Part shown: in pieces, positions 10,058-19,688 of the stretch
How the letters are laid out: each line of letters starts with the position of its first letter
How positions within the stretch are numbered: the stretch's first letter is position 1
Assembly: GCA_035507895.1 (NCBI GenBank)
Contig: DATJNQ010000008.1
Coordinates: forward strand, 54,619 to 118,618
DNA: 64,000 bases
Direction: 5' to 3'
DNA from: Solirubrobacteraceae bacterium
Lineage (GTDB): Bacteria > Actinomycetota > Thermoleophilia > Solirubrobacterales > Solirubrobacteraceae
Program-made: the position numbers and the translations under genes
The notes under the pieces: model-generated
What the model was told of the DNA's origin: nothing
The model's input: only the letters and a program-made list of their open reading frames with translations
Databases searched by the model: none

Positions 10058-13000
10058 AGGCTCCGAGCAAATCCGAGCCTCAGCGAACCGTCCTGAGCTG
10101 GTCCAAAATGGCTTAACTGAGCCAAGCCAGCCGCGCTACCAAGTGCCGTTCCTGCACTCGATGGCTTCTTCGCCGGGGCCGGTGACCAGCGTGCACGAAT
10201 GTTCGATCGTCCCGTCGGCGCGCCTGATGATGGTGAACGTGTCGTCGGAGACAGAAGTCGTCGTGACGCTGAAGCCTTCGTCTTCTTCGATCGGCGCGGC
10301 TTCGCTCAGGTAGGGCAGTCCCGGGCTCGGTGCGATCACGAGCGAGTCGTTCCAGCCGGCGAGAAACGACGGCGTGAGGCCTTCGTAACGCTGCGGAGGC
10401 GCGCTGTGCTCTTCCGTCGTCGCGTACGCGACTTCTGCCATGCCCTCGGCTTGCTGGTCGAGCGCCGCCCTCTTCGCGTTGCTGAGCGTCGCATCGACCT
10501 TCAACTGTACCGTCGTGCTTTCGCCAGAGGCGTCCGTTACCGTCAGCGTCGCGCGTCGCGTCCCGGGCCTGAGCGGGATCGTCTTGACGGAAATTTCGCA
10601 ACGGGCGAACGGCCAAAGCATCGCGTGTTCGTATCGGCAGTCGTCGCTGGTGATTTCGAAGTCGGCCGGGTCTTCACCGCCGAGTTTCACGTCGGCGATG
10701 TCGGCGCCCGATTCGCCGGCACCGATCGTGACTGGAACTTCGTCCGAACTGACGGTCACGGGGTTGGAAGGCCAATAGACGACAGCCGGTGCTACGAGCT
10801 CGGGAGCTCCCGACGCCGGTGCTCCGACCCGAACTTCGCCGAACAGAGCCGGTTCGTCGGTTCTTTCGCAGCTCTGTTCGTAGAGTGCCCAGAGGCGGTC
10901 GACCTCGCCAATGTCATTGAAGTGGATTTCTTTGATCGTGAAGCGGCCGAAGCTCTGCGGGCATGCGCGTCCGTTGCCGGAGACCGAGAGCAGAGGGCGC
11001 CCTTCGTCGGCGGCATTTTCCACTTCGGCGGTCGTGTATTCCCTGGCTTCCAGTTCTTGTCCGGCGGGCGGCGCGAATCGGAACGCGTAGGTTTCGGCTC
11101 CGAGCTTGCCCTGTGCTTCCACGCCGGCGGCATCGCCGCTCAGCGAGAGCGCTTCGTTCGCGTCGATCAGAAGGTCCTGACCCGCGCCGATCGGATCGTC
11201 CGTTTCACTGACGAGCGTCGCCCAGCTGCTCGTCATCGGCGGGGCCGGGGGCGGCTCGCCTTCGCCCGTGAGCGGCACGGTCACCTTCGCGCCCGAGGCG
11301 TCCGAGACGACAAGCTCTGCTGAAAGGGTCCCCGCGGCGCTCGGTGTGAAGGCGATGTCCAACTCGCAAACCGCGCCGGGAGCCAGGACCGCGCCTTCGC
11401 ATTCGTCGCTCGTCACGCGAAAGTCGCCCGCGTCGTCTCCGCGGAGCGCGACGCCCGCGACCTGAGCGCCGGCTTCGCCGCCGATGACGGTTATGGGCAC
11501 CTGCTTGGCTCGCGCTCCAACCGCGGTCGCGGGCCAAGTGAAGGTCGTGGGGACCGTGGTCTCCGGGGTTTCAGCCGGCGGCTCGCCGACGCGCACTTCG
11601 CCGATCAGTGGCGCCCCGCCCGAGTCTCCGCAATAGCTTTCGAACAGCGCCCAGAAGCGGTCGACGCGTTCCGCGGCGTTGACGTGGACGTCTTTGACGA
11701 TGAAGCGGCCGTGTTCTCCCGAGCACCCCCTTCCCTGGCCTTCCACCGACTCAGACACGGACAACACCGGAGTGTCGGCGGACGCCGAGCCCCAGCTCTC
11801 GGCACCGGCGTATTCGCCTGCTTCGAGGGGCATCCCGTTGTGAGAGGCGAATTGCAGTTCCAAGTCTTCGTCCCCTCTTTCAACGAGCACCGTGACCCAG
11901 CCGGCGCTGCTCCAGTGGCTGATTTCGACTGCATCCGGCGTGTCGAAGAGCCTGGCGCCGCCTGGTAGGAGGGCGTCACCGGTGTCGGTGACGAAGTTCG
12001 CCGAAGCGAACGCGAACATCGGTTCGGCGGGTACCGCGAGTGCGACCCTCGTCTGGGCGCCGGATGCAAAGTCCACGACGAGCTCGGCCGTGCGGGTGCC
12101 GTGGATTTTCGGCTTTGCCGCGACTGAGATGACGCAATTCGCGCCCGGCGCGAGAGAGTCGCCTTCACAACCATCGGCCGCGATGCCGAATTCGCCGGCG
12201 TCGGCGCCTTCCAAGCGAACCGCGGTGACCCTGGCACCAGGGCGCTGGCCGGTGATCGTGACCGGGACCGGATAACCCGCCGTGCCAGCCAGCATGAGAG
12301 GCCATTCGACGGCGGACGGTAGGGCGGCCTCCGGCGTCGTCGCAGGCCTCTCGTTCGCCGAGATCTCGCCAAACACGGCCGGTCCGCCGGTCCGCTCACA
12401 GTGCTGTTCGTAGTTCGCCCAGAAGCGATTCACCTTTCCGCGCGGGTTGAAGTGGATGTCTTTGATCACGAACCGACCGAAGTCTTCGTTGCAGGCATCG
12501 CCGTCGCCGGAGACGGAGAGGCCCGGCGAGGCGTTGTGCTCGAACCGGAAGCGTTCAGCGTTGTTGTAGGTACCGTCGGCGAGTTTCTCCCCTGACGGCG
12601 CGGCGAAGTCGATTGAGAACCGCTGTTCGCCGGACTTGACTTCAACTTCGACTTCTTCCGCGTTGCCGTGCACGGAGATCCCTGACGTGAAGAGCCGGTT
12701 CACTCCCTGCCCGATGCATGAGGGCGGTTCGCTGACGAGCGTCACAACACGCGCCGGCGGCTTGGCAGCGGCGCTGGCCGGCGAGGCGAGCGAGACAGCG
12801 GCGAGGAGCGAACCGAGGAGCACGAGCGTGACGTGCCGCGGTCGTCGCAGCCTCCCGATCCGCACCTCGCAAATCCGAAGCGTCCATGAGGCGCCTGCGA
12901 CCGCCGCTCTTCTCACCACACGTCCCCCGGTTCGTGTATCCAGCCGACGAAGCGTAGAAGCGCCGCGAGCGAGTCGACGGTTCGCGCAGCGAATGTTTCA

Positions 13001-13301
13001 GCCGAAGCTCCAGCGAGCACGGCCAAGGCTTCGACACCGGCCCGGAAAGACCTCGCTGGTGCTTCAGGGCCCTTGAACGCTCCCGTTTCGCGCGACGCTC
13101 CAGCAGCTGACCAGCCCTCAGATGAGGGTCACGGCACCGGGACGATTAATGCCCAGCTCCGATCCGGGATGAGGTCGAACGCCGGCTTGACGCTGCGGCT
13201 AGCGCCTGCGGCCCGAGCCGCGAGTACGCAGTCGCCGCGGGTCACGCGTACCAATCCGGGCGGTTCGCAGGTCGGTGATCGCTAGATAGCCCGCGTATTC
13301 A
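10058..13301. mobile_element. Integrase-less genomic islet at tRNA-Thr
   Basis: Bounded by the intact tRNA and its 3' duplicate. It carries one large gene with visibly less GC-rich codon usage than its neighbours. Confidence 0.65.
10136..12919 (-). CDS. Large secreted protein with three tandem [novel Cys-containing domain + choice-of-anchor-D/ASH-like Ig] units
   Basis: Signal peptide ...ASPASAAA. Three copies of LSVS..G..C....GRF.IK.IH.N....V.RFWA.YE..C, each followed by an Ig-like unit (G.DA..F.I..D.C....L.P...C.I). Start uncertain (12865 possible). Confidence 0.85.
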   Translation of the reverse strand: MVRRAAVAGASWTLRICEVRIGRLRRPRHVTLVLLGSLLAAVSLASPASAAAKPPARVVTLVSEPPSCIGQGVNRLFTSGISVHGNAEEVEVEVKSGEQRFSIDFAAPSGEKLADGTYNNAERFRFEHNASPGLSVSGDGDACNEDFGRFVIKDIHFNPRGKVNRFWANYEQHCERTGGPAVFGEISANERPATTPEAALPSAVEWPLMLAGTAGYPVPVTITGQRPGARVTAVRLEGADAGEFGIAADGCEGDSLAPGANCVISVAAKPKIHGTRTAELVVDFASGAQTRVALAVPAEPMFAFASANFVTDTGDALLPGGARLFDTPDAVEISHWSSAGWVTVLVERGDEDLELQFASHNGMPLEAGEYAGAESWGSASADTPVLSVSESVEGQGRGCSGEHGRFIVKDVHVNAAERVDRFWALFESYCGDSGGAPLIGEVRVGEPPAETPETTVPTTFTWPATAVGARAKQVPITVIGGEAGAQVAGVALRGDDAGDFRVTSDECEGAVLAPGAVCELDIAFTPSAAGTLSAELVVSDASGAKVTVPLTGEGEPPPAPPMTSSWATLVSETDDPIGAGQDLLIDANEALSLSGDAAGVEAQGKLGAETYAFRFAPPAGQELEAREYTTAEVENAADEGRPLLSVSGNGRACPQSFGRFTIKEIHFNDIGEVDRLWALYEQSCERTDEPALFGEVRVGAPASGAPELVAPAVVYWPSNPVTVSSDEVPVTIGAGESGADIADVKLGGEDPADFEITSDDCRYEHAMLWPFARCEISVKTIPLRPGTRRATLTVTDASGESTTVQLKVDATLSNAKRAALDQQAEGMAEVAYATTEEHSAPPQRYEGLTPSFLAGWNDSLVIAPSPGLPYLSEAAPIEEDEGFSVTTTSVSDDTFTIIRRADGTIEHSCTLVTGPGEEAIECRNGTW

Positions 13302-13302
13302 G

Positions 13303-13375
13303 AGCCGACGCCCGGATTCGAACCGGGGACCCCTTCATTACGAGTGAAGTGCTCTACCAGCTGAGCTACGTCGGC
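13303..13375 (-). tRNA. tRNA-Thr(CGT)
   Basis: Cloverleaf GCCGACG...CTTCA-CTCGTAA-TGAAG...TTCGAAT...CGTCGGC-T; CCA not encoded. Confidence 0.95.
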
Positions 13376-13471
13376 ATCGGCCGCGCCGGTCGGGCCGTCG
13401 AAGTCCGACCTGGCGTCGAAAAGCACCTTAGCTTGCGCGAGCCGGGGCGGCGACGCGTGGCGCTCCCGCCT

Positions 13472-15766
13472 TCACCCGCGCTTCCACATGGCGCCAGGCG
13501 GCATGCGCAGCAGGACGGCGAGTCGGGTGCGCGCCCCAGCGCCACGGCATAGCGCGCGCCGTAGCGCCGCGCGCTTGCCGAGGGCGTCGCCGAATGCCGT
13601 GACCTTCCGCGCGTCCGGCGCAGCGAAGCGCAGGTCCCTGAGTAGCCGGACGTACGCCGCCGCCGCGGCATCGCCGCTCGCGTCCATGCGGTGCGCGATG
13701 ACCTCCAGCGTCGTGTGCTGACCGGTCCCCAAGTTGGCGGCCGCGACGGCGTCGGTCAGCTCGGCAAGCGCGAGCGTGCCATTGCCCGCGAGCGCGAGGC
13801 GGATCCGCCTCGCGCCGCGGATCCAAGCCAGTGCGAAGGCCGCGAGAAGCGCGAGCGCGAGTCCTGCGAGGGCACGCGCCGCGACCGACGCTGCACCGGA
13901 GCCGCCGGCCGTCGCATGGGCAGAGCCGGTGAGCGTGGCGCCGCGCCCGGTGTGGTGCGTGCGGCGGAGCAGCGCCGCCTTCGACACGCCGAGCCCGGCG
14001 GCCGCGCCGCGTGCGCCGAGCGGCGTCGGGTCGAACGTGACCCAGCCGATCCCGGTGAAGAACACTTCGACCCAGGCGTGTGCGTCGACGCCGCGGACGA
14101 TCCACTCGCGACGGGGCGCGTCGTAGAGGCTCGGTTTGAAGCCGACGCCGACCCTCGCCGGAATGCCGTCCATGCGTAGCAGCAACGTCATCGCGCCCGA
14201 GAACTGCTCGCAGTAGCCGCGCTTGTCGCGGAACAGGAAGGCGATCAGCGGGTAGCGCCGCAGGGGCGGGTCTTCGGTGTAGGCGTAGCCGGTGCGCAGG
14301 TAGCGTTCGATTCTGAGCGCGACGCCGTACGGCGAGCGCCCGCCGGCGGCGAGGCTACGTGCGAGGGCGAACGTACGCGCATACACAGATGACTCGACCG
14401 CGCGGACCGACGCGAGCGTGGCGCTGGTCGGCCGCAGATCCCACGGCAGCGCGATCGCCCGTTCGGCGCGTCTCGCTCCCGCCTCCGCCGCGAGGTCCGG
14501 GGCGACGAACGCGCTCGCGTCGAGCGCCGGCAGGTCGAAGCGCGTGTACGGAACGAGCGCGCGCGGCACTGCGTGCGGCGCGCGGCGCAGCTGCGTCACG
14601 GTCGGCGACGGCGCGTACGCGCGCACGGTGTAGCGCGCGCCCTGCGGGAGCGTTTCGTCGAATTCGAGTGTGCCGTCGGTCGCGACGGTCGGCTCGCGCT
14701 CGCCGAGCTTCAGCCCGACGCCGGCGTTGCCGCCGGGTAGCCCGGCGAGGAGTGACGTTTTCAAGCCTGCGATGGTGAAGCGGGCAGATTTGACCCAGGC
14801 CGGATGCCGTCGCGCGAGTGCAGCTTCCAGGCGAACGGTCGACGGCGGCGAGTCCGACCGTATGAAGCGCAGGCCGTCGAATCGGTCCAGCGACGTGACC
14901 CGCACGAGATCGCCGGCGCCGCCGGAGAACGTCATCACGGTCCGGGTGGAGTGCGGCCAGTCGGTGGGACCGTAGAGCTGGTCCCACTCGAATGAGAGTG
15001 AACCGCTGCCGCCCAAGCCCCCGGTGAGCTGCAGCCACGCGGTGGTGCGCAGCGCGGGCGCAACGAGCAGCGCAGCGATAAGGCACGCGCCGAGCCAAAC
15101 GGTCGCGCGCGCGCCGTCGAGTCCGCCCACCGTCGGCAGCCAGAGCAGCCCGAAGAGCAGCAGCGCGAGCAGGGCGCCCTGAACCCGCCAGGCGCCGCTC
15201 GGCGAGTTGGCGGCGCCGGCGAGCACGAGCAGGACGGCGATCGCGACGCAGCCACCGAGGCGGAGCGCGCCGACGCGCCGCGTAGGCCAGAAATAAAGGG
15301 CCGCGGCGAGGAGGTTTGCGGGCACGAGGACGACGAGCACAGCGATCCGTGTCCATGTGCGCCCGCCCGAGTAGGGCCACACCCATCGCGTTAGACCTTC
15401 GGCGCCGTATTTCAGCCCGTGGACGAACGCGGCGACGCGCCACGGAACAAGCGCGTGGGCGGGCACTCCGGCGGCGAGCAGCGCGAGCGCCAGCGCGATC
15501 AGCAAGAGGATCGTCCGTGTCACCTTCGACGTCCATGCCGGCCCGCGTTCGCCGCCCGCGGCGGCGACGGCGACGCCCATCGTCGCTGCGACGGCGACGA
15601 CTAGCACGACGCTGCCGCGCGGCGGCGCGTGCAGAAGCGACGCGTACTGCAGCGACGCGTACACGAACAGCGCGAAGAAGGCGACGGCGCGCAGCGCCAG
15701 CGAGCCACGCACCGTCGAACGCGCGGCGGGCGCGTCGCCGGCGCGCGACGCGGCGTAGGCGCTCAA
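13472..15766 (-). CDS. Membrane transglutaminase-like protein (TgpA-type)
   Basis: Multi-TM N-terminus; catalytic triad motifs GYCEQFSGAM, AHAWVEV and FDPTP. TTGA overlap with the DUF58 stop. Confidence 0.88.
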   Translation of the reverse strand: MSAYAASRAGDAPAARSTVRGSLALRAVAFFALFVYASLQYASLLHAPPRGSVVLVVAVAATMGVAVAAAGGERGPAWTSKVTRTILLLIALALALLAAGVPAHALVPWRVAAFVHGLKYGAEGLTRWVWPYSGGRTWTRIAVLVVLVPANLLAAALYFWPTRRVGALRLGGCVAIAVLLVLAGAANSPSGAWRVQGALLALLLFGLLWLPTVGGLDGARATVWLGACLIAALLVAPALRTTAWLQLTGGLGGSGSLSFEWDQLYGPTDWPHSTRTVMTFSGGAGDLVRVTSLDRFDGLRFIRSDSPPSTVRLEAALARRHPAWVKSARFTIAGLKTSLLAGLPGGNAGVGLKLGEREPTVATDGTLEFDETLPQGARYTVRAYAPSPTVTQLRRAPHAVPRALVPYTRFDLPALDASAFVAPDLAAEAGARRAERAIALPWDLRPTSATLASVRAVESSVYARTFALARSLAAGGRSPYGVALRIERYLRTGYAYTEDPPLRRYPLIAFLFRDKRGYCEQFSGAMTLLLRMDGIPARVGVGFKPSLYDAPRREWIVRGVDAHAWVEVFFTGIGWVTFDPTPLGARGAAAGLGVSKAALLRRTHHTGRGATLTGSAHATAGGSGAASVAARALAGLALALLAAFALAWIRGARRIRLALAGNGTLALAELTDAVAAANLGTGQHTTLEVIAHRMDASGDAAAAAYVRLLRDLRFAAPDARKVTAFGDALGKRAALRRALCRGAGARTRLAVLLRMPPGAMWKRG

Positions 15767-16821
15767 GGCGCGCCCACGATCGGTTGCTCGCGAGCATCGA
15801 AGACGCCGCATCCCGCGACGGTGAAGAGCGGCGGCCGGCCGGCTGCCGCGGGCGCGACGACGAACTCGGGAACGCGACCTTCCTCGGCGCGCGGCGCGGG
15901 CTCGCCGCCCACCGTGACCCAGACCACGATCGGCGCGGCCGCGACCACGCGCCACGCGAGCGAATGTCCGGCGCCGATCAGTGCGAGGCGCACGTGGACT
16001 TTCGGCCATCCGGCGAGCCGGCGGTCCAACACGTGGGCCGTGCCCTCGTCGCAGAGCAGCAGTCGGCAGCCGCCGCTGCGCGCGAGCGCGACCGCGAGCG
16101 AGCCGGCCGCGCGGACCGCCATGTCGATCTCCCGCGGCCCCGGCGGGTGTCTTGTGTCGAGCACGACAAGGGGACTGCGGTCCGACTCCGCGGTCATCCG
16201 GCGCTGCACCAGAACGCCGGTCCGCGCGACGGTCGGCCAGTGGATCCGTCCCGCCGCGACACCCGGGCCCGCGGGAGCGACGCCGTCGGCTTCGCCGACG
16301 CCGTCGGCCGCGATCGAGGAGGTCTCGGCCCCGGAGCGCAGTCGCGCGACCGCGGATGAGCCGACCTGCTCGATGCGCGGCAGCACGAGCAGTTCGGTTG
16401 GCTGGGAGCGCAGCGACCGTGCCGCGACGCCGAACGGGTCGTGGAAAGAGAGCACCGTCGCCGGCACGCGCTGGCGGCCGCGGCGTTCGGCCCGGATCGT
16501 GAAGCCGAGGTCGTCGCCGTCGAACCAGCGGAGCGGCTTCGGCCTGCCTCCCTCGAGCAGCGAGACCTCGCCGATGCGCAGCCGGGTGCGCCCGCGCTGG
16601 ACGTGGGTGGCGAGGTGAAGCGTCGCGCCCTCCAGCGCCGTGACGGAGCGCGGTTCGCGCTCGAGCGCAGCGCCGCGCGCCCAGACGCGAACCGAGATCT
16701 CGGCCGCGGCCACTACCGCGAGGAGCGCGAGCCCCGGCACCAGGAGCAGCGGAACACCGAACAGCAGGGCGGCGGCGAGAAGCCCGGCGCCCATCGCGAG
16801 CAGGCCAGGCGTCCGGCTCAT
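15763..16821 (-). CDS. DUF58-family protein
   Basis: FHDPFGV, LLVLPR, RIHWPTVARTG and VVLDT motifs; lies between MoxR and the transglutaminase. ATGA overlap with the MoxR stop. Confidence 0.85.
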   Translation of the reverse strand: MSRTPGLLAMGAGLLAAALLFGVPLLLVPGLALLAVVAAAEISVRVWARGAALEREPRSVTALEGATLHLATHVQRGRTRLRIGEVSLLEGGRPKPLRWFDGDDLGFTIRAERRGRQRVPATVLSFHDPFGVAARSLRSQPTELLVLPRIEQVGSSAVARLRSGAETSSIAADGVGEADGVAPAGPGVAAGRIHWPTVARTGVLVQRRMTAESDRSPLVVLDTRHPPGPREIDMAVRAAGSLAVALARSGGCRLLLCDEGTAHVLDRRLAGWPKVHVRLALIGAGHSLAWRVVAAAPIVVWVTVGGEPAPRAEEGRVPEFVVAPAAAGRPPLFTVAGCGVFDAREQPIVGAP

Positions 16822-17768
16822 AACGCCGGAACGCGGGCGATCGCGTCCTCGACGACGCGCGCGCGCTCGTCGTCGGCGACGCCGGGCCTGAGGATCAGGC
16901 GGTGCGTAAGGACCGCGGTGGCGAGCGTCTGCACGTCGTCGGGGAGCGCGTACGCGCGGCCACGCAACGTCGAGCGCGCCATCGCCGCTCGCAGCAGCTG
17001 AAGGCCCGCGCGCGGGCTCGCGCCGAGTTCGATGCGCGGGTCCGTTCTCGTTGCCTCCAATACCGCGACGACGTAGGCGCGCAGCGCGTCGCTCGCGTGC
17101 GTCGCCGCGACGCACGCCTGCGCCGCGAGGAGCTGCTCGGCAGCGACCGTCGCGCGTATGTCGAGTACGCGGTCGCCCGCCGCGTGGCGGGCGAGCATCT
17201 CCGACTCCGCGTCCGCGGCGGGATAGCCGAGCGTCACACGGAGCATGAAACGGTCCAGCTGCGCCGCGGGCAGCGGGTATGTCCCCTCGAAGTCGACCGG
17301 GTTCTGGGTCGCGACGACGATGAAGGGGAGCGGCAGCTCGTGCGTCGTTCCGTCGACGGTCACGCGCCGCTCCTGCATGCACTCGAGCAGCCCCGACTGG
17401 GTCTTTGCGGACGCGCGGTTGATCTCGTCGACGAGCACGATGTTCGCGAACACCGGCCCCGCCCGGAATCGGAACGAGCGGTCCGGCTCGCTGAACACGT
17501 TCACGCCCGTGACGTCGGACGGCAGCATGTCCGACGTGCATTGGATTCGTGAGTAGACGCAGCCCGTCGATGCGGCCAGCGCCCGCGCGAGGGCCGTCTT
17601 GCCGACGCCGGGCAGATCCTCGATCAGTACGTGCCCGCCGGCGAGCAGCGCGACCACGAGCTGCTCGACGGAGTCGGGCGGCGCAGTGACGGCGCCTGTG
17701 ACCGCCTCGATGATCTGCGCGCCTGAGCGCGCGACGTCCTCGGGCGTCATCTCGGCTGCGGCCGTCAC
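16818..17768 (-). CDS. moxR: MoxR-family AAA+ ATPase
   Basis: EDLPGVGKT, IQCTSDMLPSDVTG, DEINRA, ATQNP and LPAAQLDRF motifs. Confidence 0.93.
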   Translation of the reverse strand: MTAAAEMTPEDVARSGAQIIEAVTGAVTAPPDSVEQLVVALLAGGHVLIEDLPGVGKTALARALAASTGCVYSRIQCTSDMLPSDVTGVNVFSEPDRSFRFRAGPVFANIVLVDEINRASAKTQSGLLECMQERRVTVDGTTHELPLPFIVVATQNPVDFEGTYPLPAAQLDRFMLRVTLGYPAADAESEMLARHAAGDRVLDIRATVAAEQLLAAQACVAATHASDALRAYVVAVLEATRTDPRIELGASPRAGLQLLRAAMARSTLRGRAYALPDDVQTLATAVLTHRLILRPGVADDERARVVEDAIARVPAL

Positions 17769-17831
17769 AGCACCGTGTACCCCATGAAGGGGCGTGGATC
17801 AGGCGTGAAAACCCATCCTCCGGCCACGAAA

Positions 17832-17856
17832 GTAACCCCCGTGTGAGGGATCGTAG
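17832..17856 (+). promoter_or_regulatory. Candidate ECF-type promoter GTAACC-N14-CGTAG
   Basis: AAC/CGT ECF-like elements upstream of the secreted protein; seen by eye. Confidence 0.3.
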
Positions 17857-17993
17857 CCGACCACCGACCGCGCGATCGCACATCGGTTCAGCGAGGGTGG
17901 CGGCGCCCGACGACGCGGTGTAGTGTGAGCGCCCTGAGAGTCGCGCGGTCGCAGCGTGCGCCTTTGAACGACGCGCAACGGAGGTGCTTCCAG

Positions 17994-19676
17994 ATGGGGA
18001 CGATGCCGGCAAAGCCAACGCCGCGCGGGCTGGGTCGACGGTCGGGCGCCGTGCTCGCCGCCGCGGCGCTCGCGATTCTCCTTGGCGCTTCAAGCGCAAC
18101 CGCCGCGGTGAGCGGCCGGGCGGTCCTCGCCGGCACGCCGTACGAGAGCGGCCCGCCCGCCGTCGCCGTCGCAGCGAACGGCGTGGCGCTCGTCGCCTGG
18201 GCCAACGAAAAGGACCTGGAAGGCGCGTCGAACTTCGTTCAGTACTGCGTGATCGCGGCCGGCGACAAAACCTGCGCGCACAGCGGCAACCTGATCCCCG
18301 CCGCCGAAGGCGAACACATCGACGGCGTCCACGTCCTCGTCGACGGCGGAACCTTCGTGATCCTTGCCGACGTGTACGGCGTGAAAGGCCCGATCGGCGA
18401 AGACGCCGTGCCCGAGCAGGAGTGGCAGTCGACCGACGAAGGCGCAACGTGGTCGATCGTCGACGAAGGCCGCTCGGTCGCCAACGGCATCCTCTCCGCC
18501 GACACGGGCCCGCTCAACGCTGTGATCGTGCCGGGAACCGGCTACCTCGGCTTCGGCTGGCAGTCCGCCGCCGGCAAAAAAGGAGAGGAACCCCCCGCGC
18601 CGACTTTCGACGTCTTCCCGCTCGAAAACCCGTCGGAATGCGCCGTCGTAGAAGGCCACTGCCCGCCCGAAGAGGAATACACGAGACTCGAGGCCGAATC
18701 CAATCCCGACGCGGTCACGAACACCGGCGGCAACTTCGCCTCTGAGGCGGGCGGCGAACCGGGGATCCTCGCGATCTTCAACACGCTCTTCTCCAACGGC
18801 CCTCTTGGCTGCACGGGCTCGAGCTTCGGCACCGCGTTCGTGTACGGCAGCGGCGACCAGTCGAGCACGAACAGCTACAACCTGCCGTTCGGGAACCCCG
18901 ACAGCGCGTGGCGCACCGAAATGTCGCAGGCCGCGTGCGGCGAGGAATACCCCGTGGTCGGCGGCGGCCCGAGCGGCTTCGGCGTCGTAGAGAACAAAGA
19001 GTCGGACGGCCACGCCGTCTTCCAGCGCTTCAACGCGTCGACGCGGTCCTTCGGATCCCCCATCCTCATCTCAAGCGACGGAGAGCTCGCCGCGTCCCTC
19101 AGCCAGGACGAAAGCGGTCACGAGTACACCACGTTCCTGCGCGGCGGCGACGGCGGACCGATCGCGCTCGCCTACAGCGAAGACGCGGGCGGCGCGTGGA
19201 CACCCGCGGCCACGATCGTCCATGACCCGCACGGCGACATCAGCGCGCCCTCAAGCGACGTCGGGGCCGATGCGCAGGGCTGGGTGACGTGGAACGAAAA
19301 CGGCTCCGTGCTGGTGCAGCCGTTCGACGCCGCTGAGGCGATCTCGGCGGCGGCGGCGAACGCCGACTCCAGGGGCAGCGACACGCACCGCGACGCGATC
19401 GTCAAAATCGAGTGCAGCGTGGCGCCATGCAGCGGGACGGCGACCGTGTCGGCAAAGATCCACGGCCACCAGGTCAAGCTCGCGAGCGGGCACTTCTCGA
19501 TCAGCGCGGGCGGGTTCCACACGTTCAAGCTGAGCCTCACCCACGCAGGCCGCTCTGAGGTCAAAAGACACAAAGGCCGCTTCTCTGCGGACGTGCTCCT
19601 AAGCACGAAGGTCGCCGCACTCCACGGCCTGGCGAGCCGGGTCGACGACGTGCGCTTCACGCCTGCGCGGCGCTAG
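17994..19676 (+). CDS. Secreted acidic protein with Asp-box (BNR) motifs and a basic C-terminal domain
   Basis: GGAGG SD 7 nt before ATG; signal peptide; Asp-box-like WQSTDEGATW and YSEDAGGAW; C-terminal C..APC.G...LASGHF...LT.AGR domain. Confidence 0.8.
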   Translation: MGTMPAKPTPRGLGRRSGAVLAAAALAILLGASSATAAVSGRAVLAGTPYESGPPAVAVAANGVALVAWANEKDLEGASNFVQYCVIAAGDKTCAHSGNLIPAAEGEHIDGVHVLVDGGTFVILADVYGVKGPIGEDAVPEQEWQSTDEGATWSIVDEGRSVANGILSADTGPLNAVIVPGTGYLGFGWQSAAGKKGEEPPAPTFDVFPLENPSECAVVEGHCPPEEEYTRLEAESNPDAVTNTGGNFASEAGGEPGILAIFNTLFSNGPLGCTGSSFGTAFVYGSGDQSSTNSYNLPFGNPDSAWRTEMSQAACGEEYPVVGGGPSGFGVVENKESDGHAVFQRFNASTRSFGSPILISSDGELAASLSQDESGHEYTTFLRGGDGGPIALAYSEDAGGAWTPAATIVHDPHGDISAPSSDVGADAQGWVTWNENGSVLVQPFDAAEAISAAAANADSRGSDTHRDAIVKIECSVAPCSGTATVSAKIHGHQVKLASGHFSISAGGFHTFKLSLTHAGRSEVKRHKGRFSADVLLSTKVAALHGLASRVDDVRFTPARR

Positions 19677-19688
19677 GGCCGCGCAGGC

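Noticed and set aside
12920-13301. Possible integrase or excisionase remnant inside the islet
   Set aside because: No tyrosine-recombinase or HTH motif was recognisable in any frame.
13472-17768. MoxR-DUF58-transglutaminase triad
   Set aside because: A well-documented conserved gene arrangement with nothing atypical seen.
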